From: Pelagibacteraceae bacterium AG-422-B15
GTDB lineage: Bacteria > Pseudomonadota > Alphaproteobacteria > Pelagibacterales > AG-422-B15
Length of the DNA: 64,000 nt
Assembly (NCBI GenBank): GCA_905182345.1
Contig: CAJJBG010000015.1
Coordinates: 36,532 to 100,531, forward strand
Reading direction: 5' to 3'
Numbering within the stretch: position 1 is the stretch's first letter; every line of letters starts with the position of its first letter. A program made the position numbers and the translations under genes. Of the stretch, positions 19,947-30,057 are shown piece after piece. The notes below the pieces were generated by a model. It searched no databases and was not told the DNA's origin. It saw only the letters and a program-made list of their open reading frames with translations.

Positions 19947-22328
19947 TTATTTATAGTCAATATATATCGGTGAAGACCAAGCTCTTGGTTCATCTAACTC
20001 TGAGCAAGCATCGACATCTGCTGGCATTCTCCAATCTCGGGTACATAGATTGATGCTAATACAGTTGCCTTCAGAGTCCCGTTCGCATCTAGCGCCTTTA
20101 GTATTAATTTGCAGCGATGGTTCTTCAATTGCTCTTACGTAATAACTCGTATCGATTTTAGATGATGCAAACTCATTGTCTGTAAAGTTAAATTCACAAC
20201 CCACTTGGTTTTCAGGGCAATTATGAACAAGCCAAGGATCTTGTATACGATCTACAACTGGTTGATTTTCATATTCTTGTGGCATAACACGAACTACTTC
20301 TATTCGAGTTATTGCTTTCCTTATGTCGCTTGGATTGTAACATTCGTTATAACAAAGTTGTTCAATACGCTCTGCACCAAGTGCTGTATAAGCATCTTCA
20401 GGGCAGCCTTCTTTTTGCTCAAATGAGCCCATAGCCTTTACTTCGAAAGTTGGATTATTGTTTTGTTCGCTTACTGCACCCATGGGAATTTTTTCGTTTC
20501 CTTTCAGCATATTAAACCAAAGTAATATTCTAGGTCCACTAGTTGCATATGTCTCATGGCGTTTAAAAGCATTCCAAATTTGTTCTTTTGAGCGACCTTC
20601 TGAATGAACAGCTGCTAATCCACCAGTTTGCAGAAAACCTCTTTGTCTTTCAAACTCAATTGTATTAAAGCCCAATTTAAGATCTGATGTTTCATATTCA
20701 ATCGGTCTATCATCTGATATATAATTTTCTGTTACTGGATCAACAAAATCTCTATCTTGTAAATCATAAGTTGGACCATGAAGAAGTTTATCTACAAGTT
20801 CTGATGTAGGACCTGTAAAGTCTATGTTGTTTCCAAAAAGTTCCTTGTAGCCTGAGCCAGGTGAGGCTTGGTGATTATCACTTGAAGAAATAAAACCATA
20901 TCGAAAACGATGCTTAGTTCCATCTTCATTGAATTTAGTCAGCGCCATACCATATTGAGCACTTCCTCCGGGAACATAGTTAAAAGCAGGGGCAAAGCAA
21001 TCGGTGCACTGACCTGAGTCTTGTCTTTCTAACAAACTAAAATGTGGCACAACTTGAAATCCATTGCGGCCTTTATTTGCTACCTCTTTTTCAGTATACT
21101 TTCTTCTCTTATCACACTCAATTATACCTGCCCCTGTTTCAATACAGCGATCATAAATTACTTGGCCTGCTCTTGCACAAATTGGTGTAAATGTTAGTGA
21201 TGGTGATGGGCAGGTCTGTGTACCAATGTCAAAAGCTTTGCCATCATCATCTGTAAAAATACCCTTTTCTGTATCGGCATAACCATCTTGCAGACCAAAA
21301 TACCTATCTAATATTAATTCGCCTTCTCTAACTATATTAGCAGCTCGCCAAGGCCTATACTCTTCTGAATTTCCATGCCCTGAATGCATTTCAAGCAAAT
21401 CAAATTGTTGAGGGTATTGTTTTGAAAGTTCTAACCCCTTATCAAGCGTGTATGCTTTAGGAGTATAAAAACCCCAAGTTTGTCCGTGTGGAATAATTAA
21501 ATAATCTTTTGTATGTTCTTCAATTTTATTAGCTAGTGATAGCGGTGTAATTGCTTCTTCATGACAATTGAGTGGCAAGTCTTTTGATAAAACATCCGCT
21601 GAGCAAATTGGAACCTTTTTTGTCTCAGAAATATATCTTCTAAAATCATTATAATTTTTAAAATTTTCTATATCTATAAATGGAAATGCTAATGCTGGCC
21701 ATATAGGCGCATTATCAAGCAATGCATCACGTGCTACACTTTGAGATGCAATTGCTCTAGGTGGCAGTAATTCATCTGCCTCATCTTTAAGAATAACATT
21801 GTGATGACCCCAGTGTGTATTTCTAGTAGCACCTACTTGAGTCCACTCCCAACCAATAAAAGCGACACAATCTGGGTTTGTTTTGTCTGCAGATAGTGCA
21901 TTACATTTCCTAACAGTCTCTTTTGTTTCTTGCCAACGTTTTGGAGTAGTAGCTTCCGCATGGTCTGTTATTGCCCAGAAATCAATTGCTGAACAGTGGC
22001 GAGCAAAATCACAAGCATCAGCAACTGGATGGACTCCTGTGCCACCGACTATAGGTAAATTACCTTGGTGAGCATCAGCAGAAAATGTTGAGTGCACATG
22101 TAAATCTCCAAATAAGATTTGTTTATTCGATGGCACATCTAAATCATTTTTTGCATTATTTTGTTTATCTATTTTATTCTCAACAAACTGAGCTGTATTT
22201 GAAATTCCGGTTATTTCACCGGGCCCAAGATCTTCGCTAAATAATGTGAAGTTAATAATCACTATCATTGAAAATAAAAACAACAGGACTAGTGATATAA
22301 AATATATAATGATACGCTTAATAGTCAT
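19947..22328 (-). CDS. DUF3604 domain protein (PHP-like putative metallohydrolase, membrane-anchored, Cys-rich)
   Basis: FGDLHVHSTFSADA, AITDHAE, GWEWT, IPHG, SGHGNSE, SSDNH, ETYATSGPRI, YYVRAIE, RAWSSPIY; N-terminal TM; about 20 Cys. Confidence 0.85.
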   Translation of the reverse strand: MTIKRIIIYFISLVLLFLFSMIVIINFTLFSEDLGPGEITGISNTAQFVENKIDKQNNAKNDLDVPSNKQILFGDLHVHSTFSADAHQGNLPIVGGTGVHPVADACDFARHCSAIDFWAITDHAEATTPKRWQETKETVRKCNALSADKTNPDCVAFIGWEWTQVGATRNTHWGHHNVILKDEADELLPPRAIASQSVARDALLDNAPIWPALAFPFIDIENFKNYNDFRRYISETKKVPICSADVLSKDLPLNCHEEAITPLSLANKIEEHTKDYLIIPHGQTWGFYTPKAYTLDKGLELSKQYPQQFDLLEMHSGHGNSEEYRPWRAANIVREGELILDRYFGLQDGYADTEKGIFTDDDGKAFDIGTQTCPSPSLTFTPICARAGQVIYDRCIETGAGIIECDKRRKYTEKEVANKGRNGFQVVPHFSLLERQDSGQCTDCFAPAFNYVPGGSAQYGMALTKFNEDGTKHRFRYGFISSSDNHQASPGSGYKELFGNNIDFTGPTSELVDKLLHGPTYDLQDRDFVDPVTENYISDDRPIEYETSDLKLGFNTIEFERQRGFLQTGGLAAVHSEGRSKEQIWNAFKRHETYATSGPRILLWFNMLKGNEKIPMGAVSEQNNNPTFEVKAMGSFEQKEGCPEDAYTALGAERIEQLCYNECYNPSDIRKAITRIEVVRVMPQEYENQPVVDRIQDPWLVHNCPENQVGCEFNFTDNEFASSKIDTSYYVRAIEEPSLQINTKGARCERDSEGNCISINLCTRDWRMPADVDACSELDEPRAWSSPIYIDYK

Positions 22329-22399
22329 AAAACCTAAATCTAAAAGTTAATTAAGAAGAGACTAGACTATTGACTCTTACTACGTCAATTTATAAAAAA

Positions 22400-23296
22400 A
22401 TGCTAAAAAATAAAAATATATTTCTATTTATCCTGTCTTTATTTATAGGTTTATTGCTCTTAGGGATTGATATTTTTACCCTTCAATCAACTAAGCAGCC
22501 TTTAAACAGTAAGGCGATTGCTAAAGTAAATAATCAATATATCAATGAAGACCAATTCTTGAAATATGCAGTTTCTTTAGGGGCAGATTTTAGAGCTGAA
22601 GAAGATCAAGAATTAATAGATCTTGTTTTAGAAAGAATGATAGAAGAAGAACTTCTTGTACAGCGGGCAATAGAATTAAAATTACATCATCAGGATATTC
22701 AAGTTCGAAAAGTATTAATAGAACAAATTATAGAATTTATTTTACAGCTAGACAATTCAAATCCTAGTGATTTAGAGTTAGAAAAATTTTTTACTGATAA
22801 TATTAATAGGTACAACTCTAATTCAGATATCAAAATAGAAACTATTTTTATTAAGTCGATGAATCAAGACTCTGCAATGCTAGGGAGCAAGTATGATTTT
22901 CAATTTCATCAGAGTAAATTTGATATCATTTATGATCATATTGAGAAAAATGATTTCGCAACTGCGCAAACATTATTTTCAGATCCTCAATTTATGTCTA
23001 TTCCTAAACAATTTATAAAATTAAAAGATTGTATTAAATATGTTGGCCCAAGCATTTGTAAAGAAATAAAAAGCATGCAAGTTAATTCTATAAGCTCGCC
23101 AACATTTTATAATAATGGTTTTTATATTTTTAAAATGATTGATATTAAAAAACAAGAAGTGACTCTAGCTGACTTTTTAAAATTTAAAGAGCAAGTATCA
23201 TTTGATTATAAAAATTCTAAAGATGATCAGTCTTTTATTGACTATATTGAATTTTTAAAATCTAGAGCAATAATTACTAGATATGATGAACAATGA
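22400..23296 (+). CDS. SurA-N/PpiC-like periplasmic chaperone (PPIase-like), membrane-anchored
   Basis: N-terminal TM; AIAKVNNQYI, VLERMIEEELLVQRAIELKL; degenerate rotamase region (ISSPTFYNNGFYIF). Start probably ATG 22400 (track TTG 22370). Confidence 0.7.
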   Translation: MLKNKNIFLFILSLFIGLLLLGIDIFTLQSTKQPLNSKAIAKVNNQYINEDQFLKYAVSLGADFRAEEDQELIDLVLERMIEEELLVQRAIELKLHHQDIQVRKVLIEQIIEFILQLDNSNPSDLELEKFFTDNINRYNSNSDIKIETIFIKSMNQDSAMLGSKYDFQFHQSKFDIIYDHIEKNDFATAQTLFSDPQFMSIPKQFIKLKDCIKYVGPSICKEIKSMQVNSISSPTFYNNGFYIFKMIDIKKQEVTLADFLKFKEQVSFDYKNSKDDQSFIDYIEFLKSRAIITRYDEQ

Positions 23297-24516
23297 GAAA
23301 CATAATTTTTTCATTATTAGTGCTATTTATAAGTAGCCAAACTGCTTCTGCTCACTATTTCAGCGAGTCCTATTCAAATTGGATTATAAACAAGCATAAG
23401 ATTTCAGCAAATTTCTCAATTTTAAAACTTGAGGCTACACGAATACTACAAATAGATAGCTATCAGGAATTAGGCAAAGAAGGCAATTTGTCAGAAGGCG
23501 AGGTATTTTTAGAATATTTTAAAGAAAGAATAGCTGTATTTAGCACTGGTGTTAAATGCAAGTCTGATAAGCAAGCTACATTAGTTAATGGAAAAGAAGA
23601 ATACCTTAATATTGAAATTTCATTTCTATGCAGTAGTTCCAATCAAATAAAGATTATTAACAATGTGCTTTTTGATATAGCACAAAGCCACGTACATTTG
23701 AGTAGAATTAAAATGAATGATGATATTCTTGAAAAAGCTTTGTTTTATAATGATCAGACTATTGAAGTTGATGATTTAATTGATACTAACGATATAACTT
23801 TTTTTTCAAAAATTACTAAGTTTATTTATTCTGGTGTAATTCATATTTTATCTGGATTTGATCACTTGATATTTTTATTAGGCTTACTAATCCTGATACA
23901 GAATATACGCCATATATTTATTGCAATTACTGGATTTACTATTGGTCACAGTATAACTTTGGCCTTAGCAGCACTGGATATTGTAGTGCCGAATACCTTC
24001 GTAATTGAAGCTCTAATTGGTTTTACTATTTTATTTATTTCTACTGAATATATGCTGAAGGAAGCACGATCATATATACCTATATTAAGCATACTATTAT
24101 TAATACTATTTTTTGTTGGATTAAGTACTCTCTTCTTAGAAATATCTATTTCTTTAATTAGCGTCATTGGGCTAATTTTATTAACTATAGGATATTTTGG
24201 TATTACCAGTTCTTTGACAAATAATGCTAACTTTAGAATAATTATAACCAGTTTATTTGGTCTAATTCATGGTTTTGGATTTGGAGCTTTCTTGCTAAAT
24301 TCAGATTTTGATAAATCTAATGCTATAGCTGCACTGTTTGGGTTTAATTTAGGAGTTGAGCTAGGTCAAATTATATTTGTTTTAGTTTTTTTAATAATTT
24401 CAGGAATAGCGATAAGGTTTTTAACAGCCAACTCCTATATATATCTCATGAATACGTTAATGATAATGGTATCAAGCTTAGGATTTTACTGGTTTATTCA
24501 AAGGTTATACTTTTAG
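23293..24516 (+). CDS. HupE/UreJ family protein with N-terminal periplasmic domain
   Basis: Signal ASA|H; GVIHILSGFDHLIFL, GFTIGHSITL, FGLIHGFGF, FNLGVELGQ; ATGA overlap with the upstream gene. Confidence 0.85.
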   Translation: MRNIIFSLLVLFISSQTASAHYFSESYSNWIINKHKISANFSILKLEATRILQIDSYQELGKEGNLSEGEVFLEYFKERIAVFSTGVKCKSDKQATLVNGKEEYLNIEISFLCSSSNQIKIINNVLFDIAQSHVHLSRIKMNDDILEKALFYNDQTIEVDDLIDTNDITFFSKITKFIYSGVIHILSGFDHLIFLLGLLILIQNIRHIFIAITGFTIGHSITLALAALDIVVPNTFVIEALIGFTILFISTEYMLKEARSYIPILSILLLILFFVGLSTLFLEISISLISVIGLILLTIGYFGITSSLTNNANFRIIITSLFGLIHGFGFGAFLLNSDFDKSNAIAALFGFNLGVELGQIIFVLVFLIISGIAIRFLTANSYIYLMNTLMIMVSSLGFYWFIQRLYF

Positions 24517-24962
24517 TTTATCTCTCGAATTAAAAGTATAAAAGTCATCACAATAACTATAGCTGACAATGGAACTCGAATATTCAAAAACCAATATGGA
24601 GTGGCTTTCTTATTATATAAATAAAAATCATGCATTGACGCTACGAAAAAAGATATAATAATTAATGTTAGTGAGAAGACTAATGAATGAAGAACTAGCA
24701 ATGCTGACCAAGCAATTAATGCAGGAGCCACTGATATAGTTAAGGGAAAGCTAATATTAAATAATTGATCTGCTTTTGTTATAATCATACCCCATTGAAT
24801 ACCTCCAAGAAATGATGCAATAATTGCACCATAGGCCACAAAAAGATAAATTAAGAAATTATAAATTTGTTCTTCAGGTGGTGAAATAAAGTATGCTGCA
24901 AAAATTAAAATAAAAGGTAACAAACCTAAGGTAGCCAAGACTAATGATGCTCGTTGTCCCAT
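24513..24962 (-). CDS. DUF3429 family membrane protein
   Basis: LGLLPF, YGAIIASFLGGIQWG, PYWFLNIR. Confidence 0.8.
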   Translation of the reverse strand: MGQRASLVLATLGLLPFILIFAAYFISPPEEQIYNFLIYLFVAYGAIIASFLGGIQWGMIITKADQLFNISFPLTISVAPALIAWSALLVLHSLVFSLTLIIISFFVASMHDFYLYNKKATPYWFLNIRVPLSAIVIVMTFILLIREIN

Positions 24963-24965
24963 AAG

Positions 24966-26687
24966 TTAATCTGTAAAATAGCTTAAAGTTTTTAAAAATT
25001 CAAGACGACCGCCTTCTACAATGATTGTGCCATCGGTAAGGGCAAGTGAAATTTGTGCAATGTTTTTTAGACCTGCTAAAATTTCTTTAATATCATGTTG
25101 CTTTGAAGTAATAATTAAATCAGAATCTGTAATTTCACTAAAACCTAATTCAAGAATACCACGTCGAATATTTAATACAAATACTTCTTCAGAATCTAAA
25201 AATTTAAACATTACTTTTTTATTAGTATCTAAAGTTTTGTCCGCATTTAAATTCACTGGTAATGATTTCATAATCGATTTAATTGGAATTGCTTTGAGTT
25301 GATTAGATGTTGCTTTGATATCTCTAAAATAAACCTCAAAATCACCCCTTAGTTCACCTGCGACTGTTTTATAAAAGTAGTAATCATTAGATGCTGTTTG
25401 TGTTAATGCAAATTTATCTGCTGCTTTAGCTTTTATATTCTTTGCCTGTTGATCATTTTGATCAATAGCAATAAGTGAATCTGCTAATTCCATTGCCCAC
25501 TGGTATTCACCATTTTCTACTGCTTGCTCAGCTGCTACTTTTAAATCAGTTTGCTTACTAGCTAATTCCATCATTTTTACAGCTTTCTCTTTTGCATTTA
25601 ATGGATGAAGGGTTGTAATATTACCATTAAACCAGCCAATATAACCAACAAAAATTGATCTTACGTAAGAGCTAATAGAACCATAAAACTCTTGTAAGTA
25701 AGGAGATTTTCTTAAGTGTTGCGGTAGATTTATTTTTGCAACAATTTCATCTGGCAATAATCCATTATTCATATGCCTTACAGTTTGATCATGTACAAAT
25801 TGAATTGCATCTCGATAATCTGTTAATGCATTATAGATATTTTCTTTACCAGATATTGGCCTGCTGTGGCTAGGTATTAAATATTTGGCATTTAATGCTC
25901 TAATTTTATCTAAACTATGAACCCACTCCATTGGATTACGATATTTAGTTCCTCTGATTGCATATAGGTTTGCAAATGATCGGTAGAAATTATCGCCAAC
26001 CATTACTGCTTCTTGCTTAGGTAACCAAACATATAAGTGGTCATCTGTCTCTCCTGGAACATGCTGTAGCTTGACCTCAATATTATCAATATTTAAATCT
26101 AAATTCTGATCAAAAGTAACTGTAGGTCGAAGTAGACCTGTGGTTGTTTGTGCAGAAATTTCTAAAAAACCTCCTATACCCTGATGAATAATTTCATCTT
26201 TGTTTAATGGAATGCCAAATTGCCTTGCTGATCTCTCATATATTATAGGCCTAATAATTGTAGAAATATTATCGATGTTATAAAGTATATTTTCCTGCCC
26301 ATAAATATTAGCATCTGTGCTATTAGCAAATATTGTTGCCCCACCTATGTGATCAGGGTGATTGTGCGTATAAAAAATATTATTAACTGGTTTGTTAGAA
26401 ATTTTATCAAACTCCTTTTTAACTATCTTCGCTGCTTCCTCACTTCCTGTAGTGTCAATAATTAATGACTCATTTTCACCAGTTACCATAATTACATTAG
26501 CTAGAGCAAAACCAACCGCTACATATATATTGTCTGCTATTTTAATTATATCTTCTTTAAACTCATTAGCATGTTCCAAGCTCAAACCTTTTTCACTAAT
26601 TTTACTACCGCTTGAAGATTGCTGCTCACTACATGAGATAGTGGTGAATATAAAAATTAGGATAACCAGGTACTTATTCATAATCAT
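24966..26687 (-). CDS. Alkyl sulfatase (SdsA1/BDS1 family, MBL fold with C-terminal SCP2-like domain), probable lipoprotein
   Basis: YTHNHPDHIGG, PGETDDH, NLYAIRGTKYR, PSHSRP, YRDAIQFVHDQT, YIGWFNGN; lipobox-like TISC. Confidence 0.85.
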   Translation of the reverse strand: MIMNKYLVILIFIFTTISCSEQQSSSGSKISEKGLSLEHANEFKEDIIKIADNIYVAVGFALANVIMVTGENESLIIDTTGSEEAAKIVKKEFDKISNKPVNNIFYTHNHPDHIGGATIFANSTDANIYGQENILYNIDNISTIIRPIIYERSARQFGIPLNKDEIIHQGIGGFLEISAQTTTGLLRPTVTFDQNLDLNIDNIEVKLQHVPGETDDHLYVWLPKQEAVMVGDNFYRSFANLYAIRGTKYRNPMEWVHSLDKIRALNAKYLIPSHSRPISGKENIYNALTDYRDAIQFVHDQTVRHMNNGLLPDEIVAKINLPQHLRKSPYLQEFYGSISSYVRSIFVGYIGWFNGNITTLHPLNAKEKAVKMMELASKQTDLKVAAEQAVENGEYQWAMELADSLIAIDQNDQQAKNIKAKAADKFALTQTASNDYYFYKTVAGELRGDFEVYFRDIKATSNQLKAIPIKSIMKSLPVNLNADKTLDTNKKVMFKFLDSEEVFVLNIRRGILELGFSEITDSDLIITSKQHDIKEILAGLKNIAQISLALTDGTIIVEGGRLEFLKTLSYFTD

Positions 26688-26762
26688 GGTCTTTCATTGC
26701 TAAAATAGCTAATATATATAAGTTTTTATTAGATTTTAGAGGCTACAATATAAATTCTTGAA

Positions 26763-27638
26763 ATGAAATATAATAATCAAACATTAGGTACGCTTGCACT
26801 GCTGTTTGCTGGGGTCTTCTTAAGTTTTGGTGGCACATTAATTCAATATATGGATTCTGCTACTGCAATTGAAATCACTACATTTAGATCAATCACTTTT
26901 TCTTTAATCATGCTTCTCTATATTTTAGTAAAGTTTAAAAGAAAAACACCACAAGCTTTTAAAGCCATTGGAAAAAGTGGAATATTAATAGGTTTTATTA
27001 TTGGGATTAGTAATATTTGTTATGTATTTGGAATGAGCAATACTTCAGTTGCTAACGGTGGTTTTATTTTAAGTACAGGACCATTGTTTGCAGCGCTGGC
27101 AAGCTACTTCTTCCTGAAAAAAAAAATAAGTTTAAAAACATTAATCGCAATAGGTGGATCAATGTTCGGTGTCGGTGTTATGTTCTCAGGAGGAATTCAA
27201 GCATCACATGCAATCGGGAATTTAATCATGCTATTGGTTCCAATATGTTTTGCATTCCAATTAACACTAATCAATCGCTCACCTGAAATCGACTTTATGC
27301 CAGCAACATTTCTTGGTGGAATTGTCGCTTTTCTTATAGGATTCTCATTCATCGGTGAATATACAATTAACAATCATGACCTAATGATTGCATTGTTTAT
27401 AGGAGCATTTCAAGTTGGGATAGGTTTTATATTAATTACAATTGGTTCAAGATATATTCCACCTCATCGAGCGGCACTATTTATTTTAACTGAACCAATA
27501 TTAACTCCAATCTGGGCCTGGGTATTTCTAGGACATCAGCCTCCTGCTATTGAATTGATAGGCGGTTTAATAATATTTTTATTTGTAGTTTTTCGACTTA
27601 TTGATCAATTCTTTGAGGTCGAAAATAAAACTCAGTGA
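26763..27638 (+). CDS. DMT/EamA family transporter
   Basis: Ten-TM pattern; TSVAN, EPILTPIWAW. Confidence 0.85.
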   Translation: MKYNNQTLGTLALLFAGVFLSFGGTLIQYMDSATAIEITTFRSITFSLIMLLYILVKFKRKTPQAFKAIGKSGILIGFIIGISNICYVFGMSNTSVANGGFILSTGPLFAALASYFFLKKKISLKTLIAIGGSMFGVGVMFSGGIQASHAIGNLIMLLVPICFAFQLTLINRSPEIDFMPATFLGGIVAFLIGFSFIGEYTINNHDLMIALFIGAFQVGIGFILITIGSRYIPPHRAALFILTEPILTPIWAWVFLGHQPPAIELIGGLIIFLFVVFRLIDQFFEVENKTQ

Positions 27639-27669
27639 CAAACTATTTTAAAGTAATTAAATTTTCTAT

Positions 27670-28500
27670 ATGAAGATTAATATTTTATCTGGTGCATTGG
27701 GAGCTGAAATTATTGGACTAAATCTAGATTCAGTCAATCAAAATAATATTCAAGCTCTAAATAATCTTCTTTTAGAACATAAGGTTATTTTTTTTAGGGA
27801 TCAAAATATTGATTCTGAAAAACTCATTTATCTTGGTTCTATGTTTGGTTTAATTGAAGAGCATGCTTATGTTAAGGGGTTAGATAATTTTCCACAAATA
27901 ACTAGAATTATAAAAGCACCTGATGAAAAAAATCAATGGGGCGAGGGTTGGCATAGCGACGTTAGTTATGACATAACACCAAGTAAGATTGTTATTCTCA
28001 AATCAGTTAAAATTCCCCCTATAGGTGGAGACACAGTTTTTGCAAATATGGAGCTAGCTTGGGAAACTCTAGATGAAGAAATAAAAAATATTGTTAAAGA
28101 TAAAAAAGCTTTACATAGTTCCAATGGCTCTAGTTTTTTTGTAGAAAACTATGCCCAAATGGAAAGTAATGGAAATATTGGAGAGAGGTATTCTAATGAA
28201 CACCCAATAGTAAGAACTCATCCAGAAACAGGCAATAAAATCTTATATGTAAATTGCACATATACAAAAAAAATTATTGGCCTATCAGATGAAGAGGGCG
28301 CTGTACTGCTTGAAAAAATTTTTAGGCACCAAGAACGGTTGGATTTATCATGTCGGTTTAAGTGGACTGAAAATGCTATAGCAATCCTAGACAATAGAAG
28401 TATCCAACATTATGCAATAGCAGATTTTTATCCCAATCGAGGTCTTGGTCATGAACGCATTATGGATAGGATAGCGATTGTGGGTGATCAGCCTTTTTAA
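27670..28500 (+). CDS. TauD/TfdA Fe(II)/2-oxoglutarate dioxygenase
   Basis: LGAEI, HKVIFFRDQ, WHSDVS, GGDTVFANM, HPIVRTHPETG, DNRSIQHYA. Confidence 0.9.
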   Translation: MKINILSGALGAEIIGLNLDSVNQNNIQALNNLLLEHKVIFFRDQNIDSEKLIYLGSMFGLIEEHAYVKGLDNFPQITRIIKAPDEKNQWGEGWHSDVSYDITPSKIVILKSVKIPPIGGDTVFANMELAWETLDEEIKNIVKDKKALHSSNGSSFFVENYAQMESNGNIGERYSNEHPIVRTHPETGNKILYVNCTYTKKIIGLSDEEGAVLLEKIFRHQERLDLSCRFKWTENAIAILDNRSIQHYAIADFYPNRGLGHERIMDRIAIVGDQPF

Positions 28501-28506
28501 AATCAA

Positions 28507-29046
28507 TTATTCTTTAGTGTTTTTCTGTATAAAGAAAACTTGAGAAAAAATAAAAATAAAAGTAAGTCCCATAATTCCAAATAGTTTAAATTTAACCCAT
28601 GTTGCAGGATCATAGTTTCTATAAACATATTCGTTGCATGCGGCTAGAAATAGAAAAAATATAGCCCATCTAAATGTTAGCTTAAGCCACGCACTATCAT
28701 TTAACTTTAATGACGAGCCCATTAAATTTTTTAATAATGGCTTTTTAAAGTACAAACCTATTAATAGTACAATTCCAAAAATTAAGTTTACTAACGTAAC
28801 TTTAAACTGAATAAATCTAGGGTCATCAAAATAAACTGTTAATGCTCCAAATACTAAAATTAGTATAGAACTAAACAATAACATTGGAGAAACTTTTCGT
28901 AAAAAAACCAAAGAAATTGCTACTGCAACAATAGCCGCAATCATAAGTGGTATAATTGCACCTTCTATTTTTCCAGTTTTAATAAAGAAAATAAAAAATA
29001 CTACTATAGGAATATACTCAACTAGGGGTTTAACAAAATTTTTCAT
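28507..29046 (-). CDS. yciB: Inner membrane protein YciB/IspZ
   Basis: FGALTVYFDDPRFIQFKVT, WVKFKLFG. Confidence 0.9.
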   Translation of the reverse strand: MKNFVKPLVEYIPIVVFFIFFIKTGKIEGAIIPLMIAAIVAVAISLVFLRKVSPMLLFSSILILVFGALTVYFDDPRFIQFKVTLVNLIFGIVLLIGLYFKKPLLKNLMGSSLKLNDSAWLKLTFRWAIFFLFLAACNEYVYRNYDPATWVKFKLFGIMGLTFIFIFSQVFFIQKNTKE

Positions 29047-29073
29047 ATATGAGATTATAAAATAAAGTTTTTA

Positions 29074-29409
29074 TTAATTAGTTTTAGCGCGAGAAATATA
29101 TTTTCCATTCTTAATTCCAGTAAATATTTCTTCAACTAATGGGTGTTCGATAGGTTCAACAACATCTTCTGTTAAGAGATTTTGTTGTGATACATATGCT
29201 ATGTAAGATGGTTGACTTGGGGACTCTGCAAGTAAATGGTAAAAAGGCTGATCTTTTTTAGGTCGGACTTGCATAGGAATTGATTGATACCACTCTTCAG
29301 TATTATCAAACTCAGGATCAACATCAAAAATAACACCTCTGAAATCAAAGTACCTATGTTTTACAATTTGGCCTATTTCAAATTTAGCTTTATCCATACT
29401 TATGAACAT
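29074..29409 (-). CDS. hspQ: Heat shock protein HspQ
   Basis: AKFEIGQIVKH, RGVIFDVDPEF, QPFYHLLAE, YVSQQNL. Confidence 0.9.
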   Translation of the reverse strand: MFISMDKAKFEIGQIVKHRYFDFRGVIFDVDPEFDNTEEWYQSIPMQVRPKKDQPFYHLLAESPSQPSYIAYVSQQNLLTEDVVEPIEHPLVEEIFTGIKNGKYISRAKTN

Positions 29410-29448
29410 AGTAATTATTTGTTACTTTTTCAAGATGGTATAAATGGC

Positions 29449-30057
29449 CTAAGTTGGCGCATTTGTTTCATTAATTATCTTAAGGACATTTTCTTCTGAA
29501 ATATAACCTGGAATCATCGTGTCATTAATAATTGACGCAGGAGTTCCTCTTAAGCCTAAATCTTTCGCTAATTTTTTATTTATTTCTATTGTATCTGCAT
29601 ATGGTTGGCTTTCAGCAAGCTGATATAATTTAGCACCCTCAAACCCATTTTCATTCAGTAGACTAATTATAGTATTTTTATTCATCGCTGATCCAAGCTT
29701 CATTAATCCATTGTGAATGGAAAAGTATGAGTTGGGTTTATCAATCCATACCTTTATAGCAATATTAGCAGCTATATCAGAGATGCCTCCAAAGATAGGG
29801 TATTCTAAGTATATTATTCTAACGTCATTTTTATCATTAATTATTTTTGCAAAATCTTTTGCTTGTTTGGCACAATATCCACAACGATAGTCAAAAAATT
29901 CAACAATTGTATAGCTGGCATTTAAATTGCCAACTGATGGAGTTTGACTTGCCTCAAGATTGCGAACTACAAAGTTAGCCAAATTGACTTCTGCATACAA
30001 TATGTTGGGAAGTATGATAAAAATTCCTATAACAATAATTTTTTTTAAATGATTCAT
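29449..30057 (-). CDS. DsbA-family thiol-disulfide oxidoreductase
   Basis: Signal peptide; EFFDYRCGYC, EYPIFG, GTP cis-Pro. Confidence 0.85.
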   Translation of the reverse strand: MNHLKKIIVIGIFIILPNILYAEVNLANFVVRNLEASQTPSVGNLNASYTIVEFFDYRCGYCAKQAKDFAKIINDKNDVRIIYLEYPIFGGISDIAANIAIKVWIDKPNSYFSIHNGLMKLGSAMNKNTIISLLNENGFEGAKLYQLAESQPYADTIEINKKLAKDLGLRGTPASIINDTMIPGYISEENVLKIINETNAPT

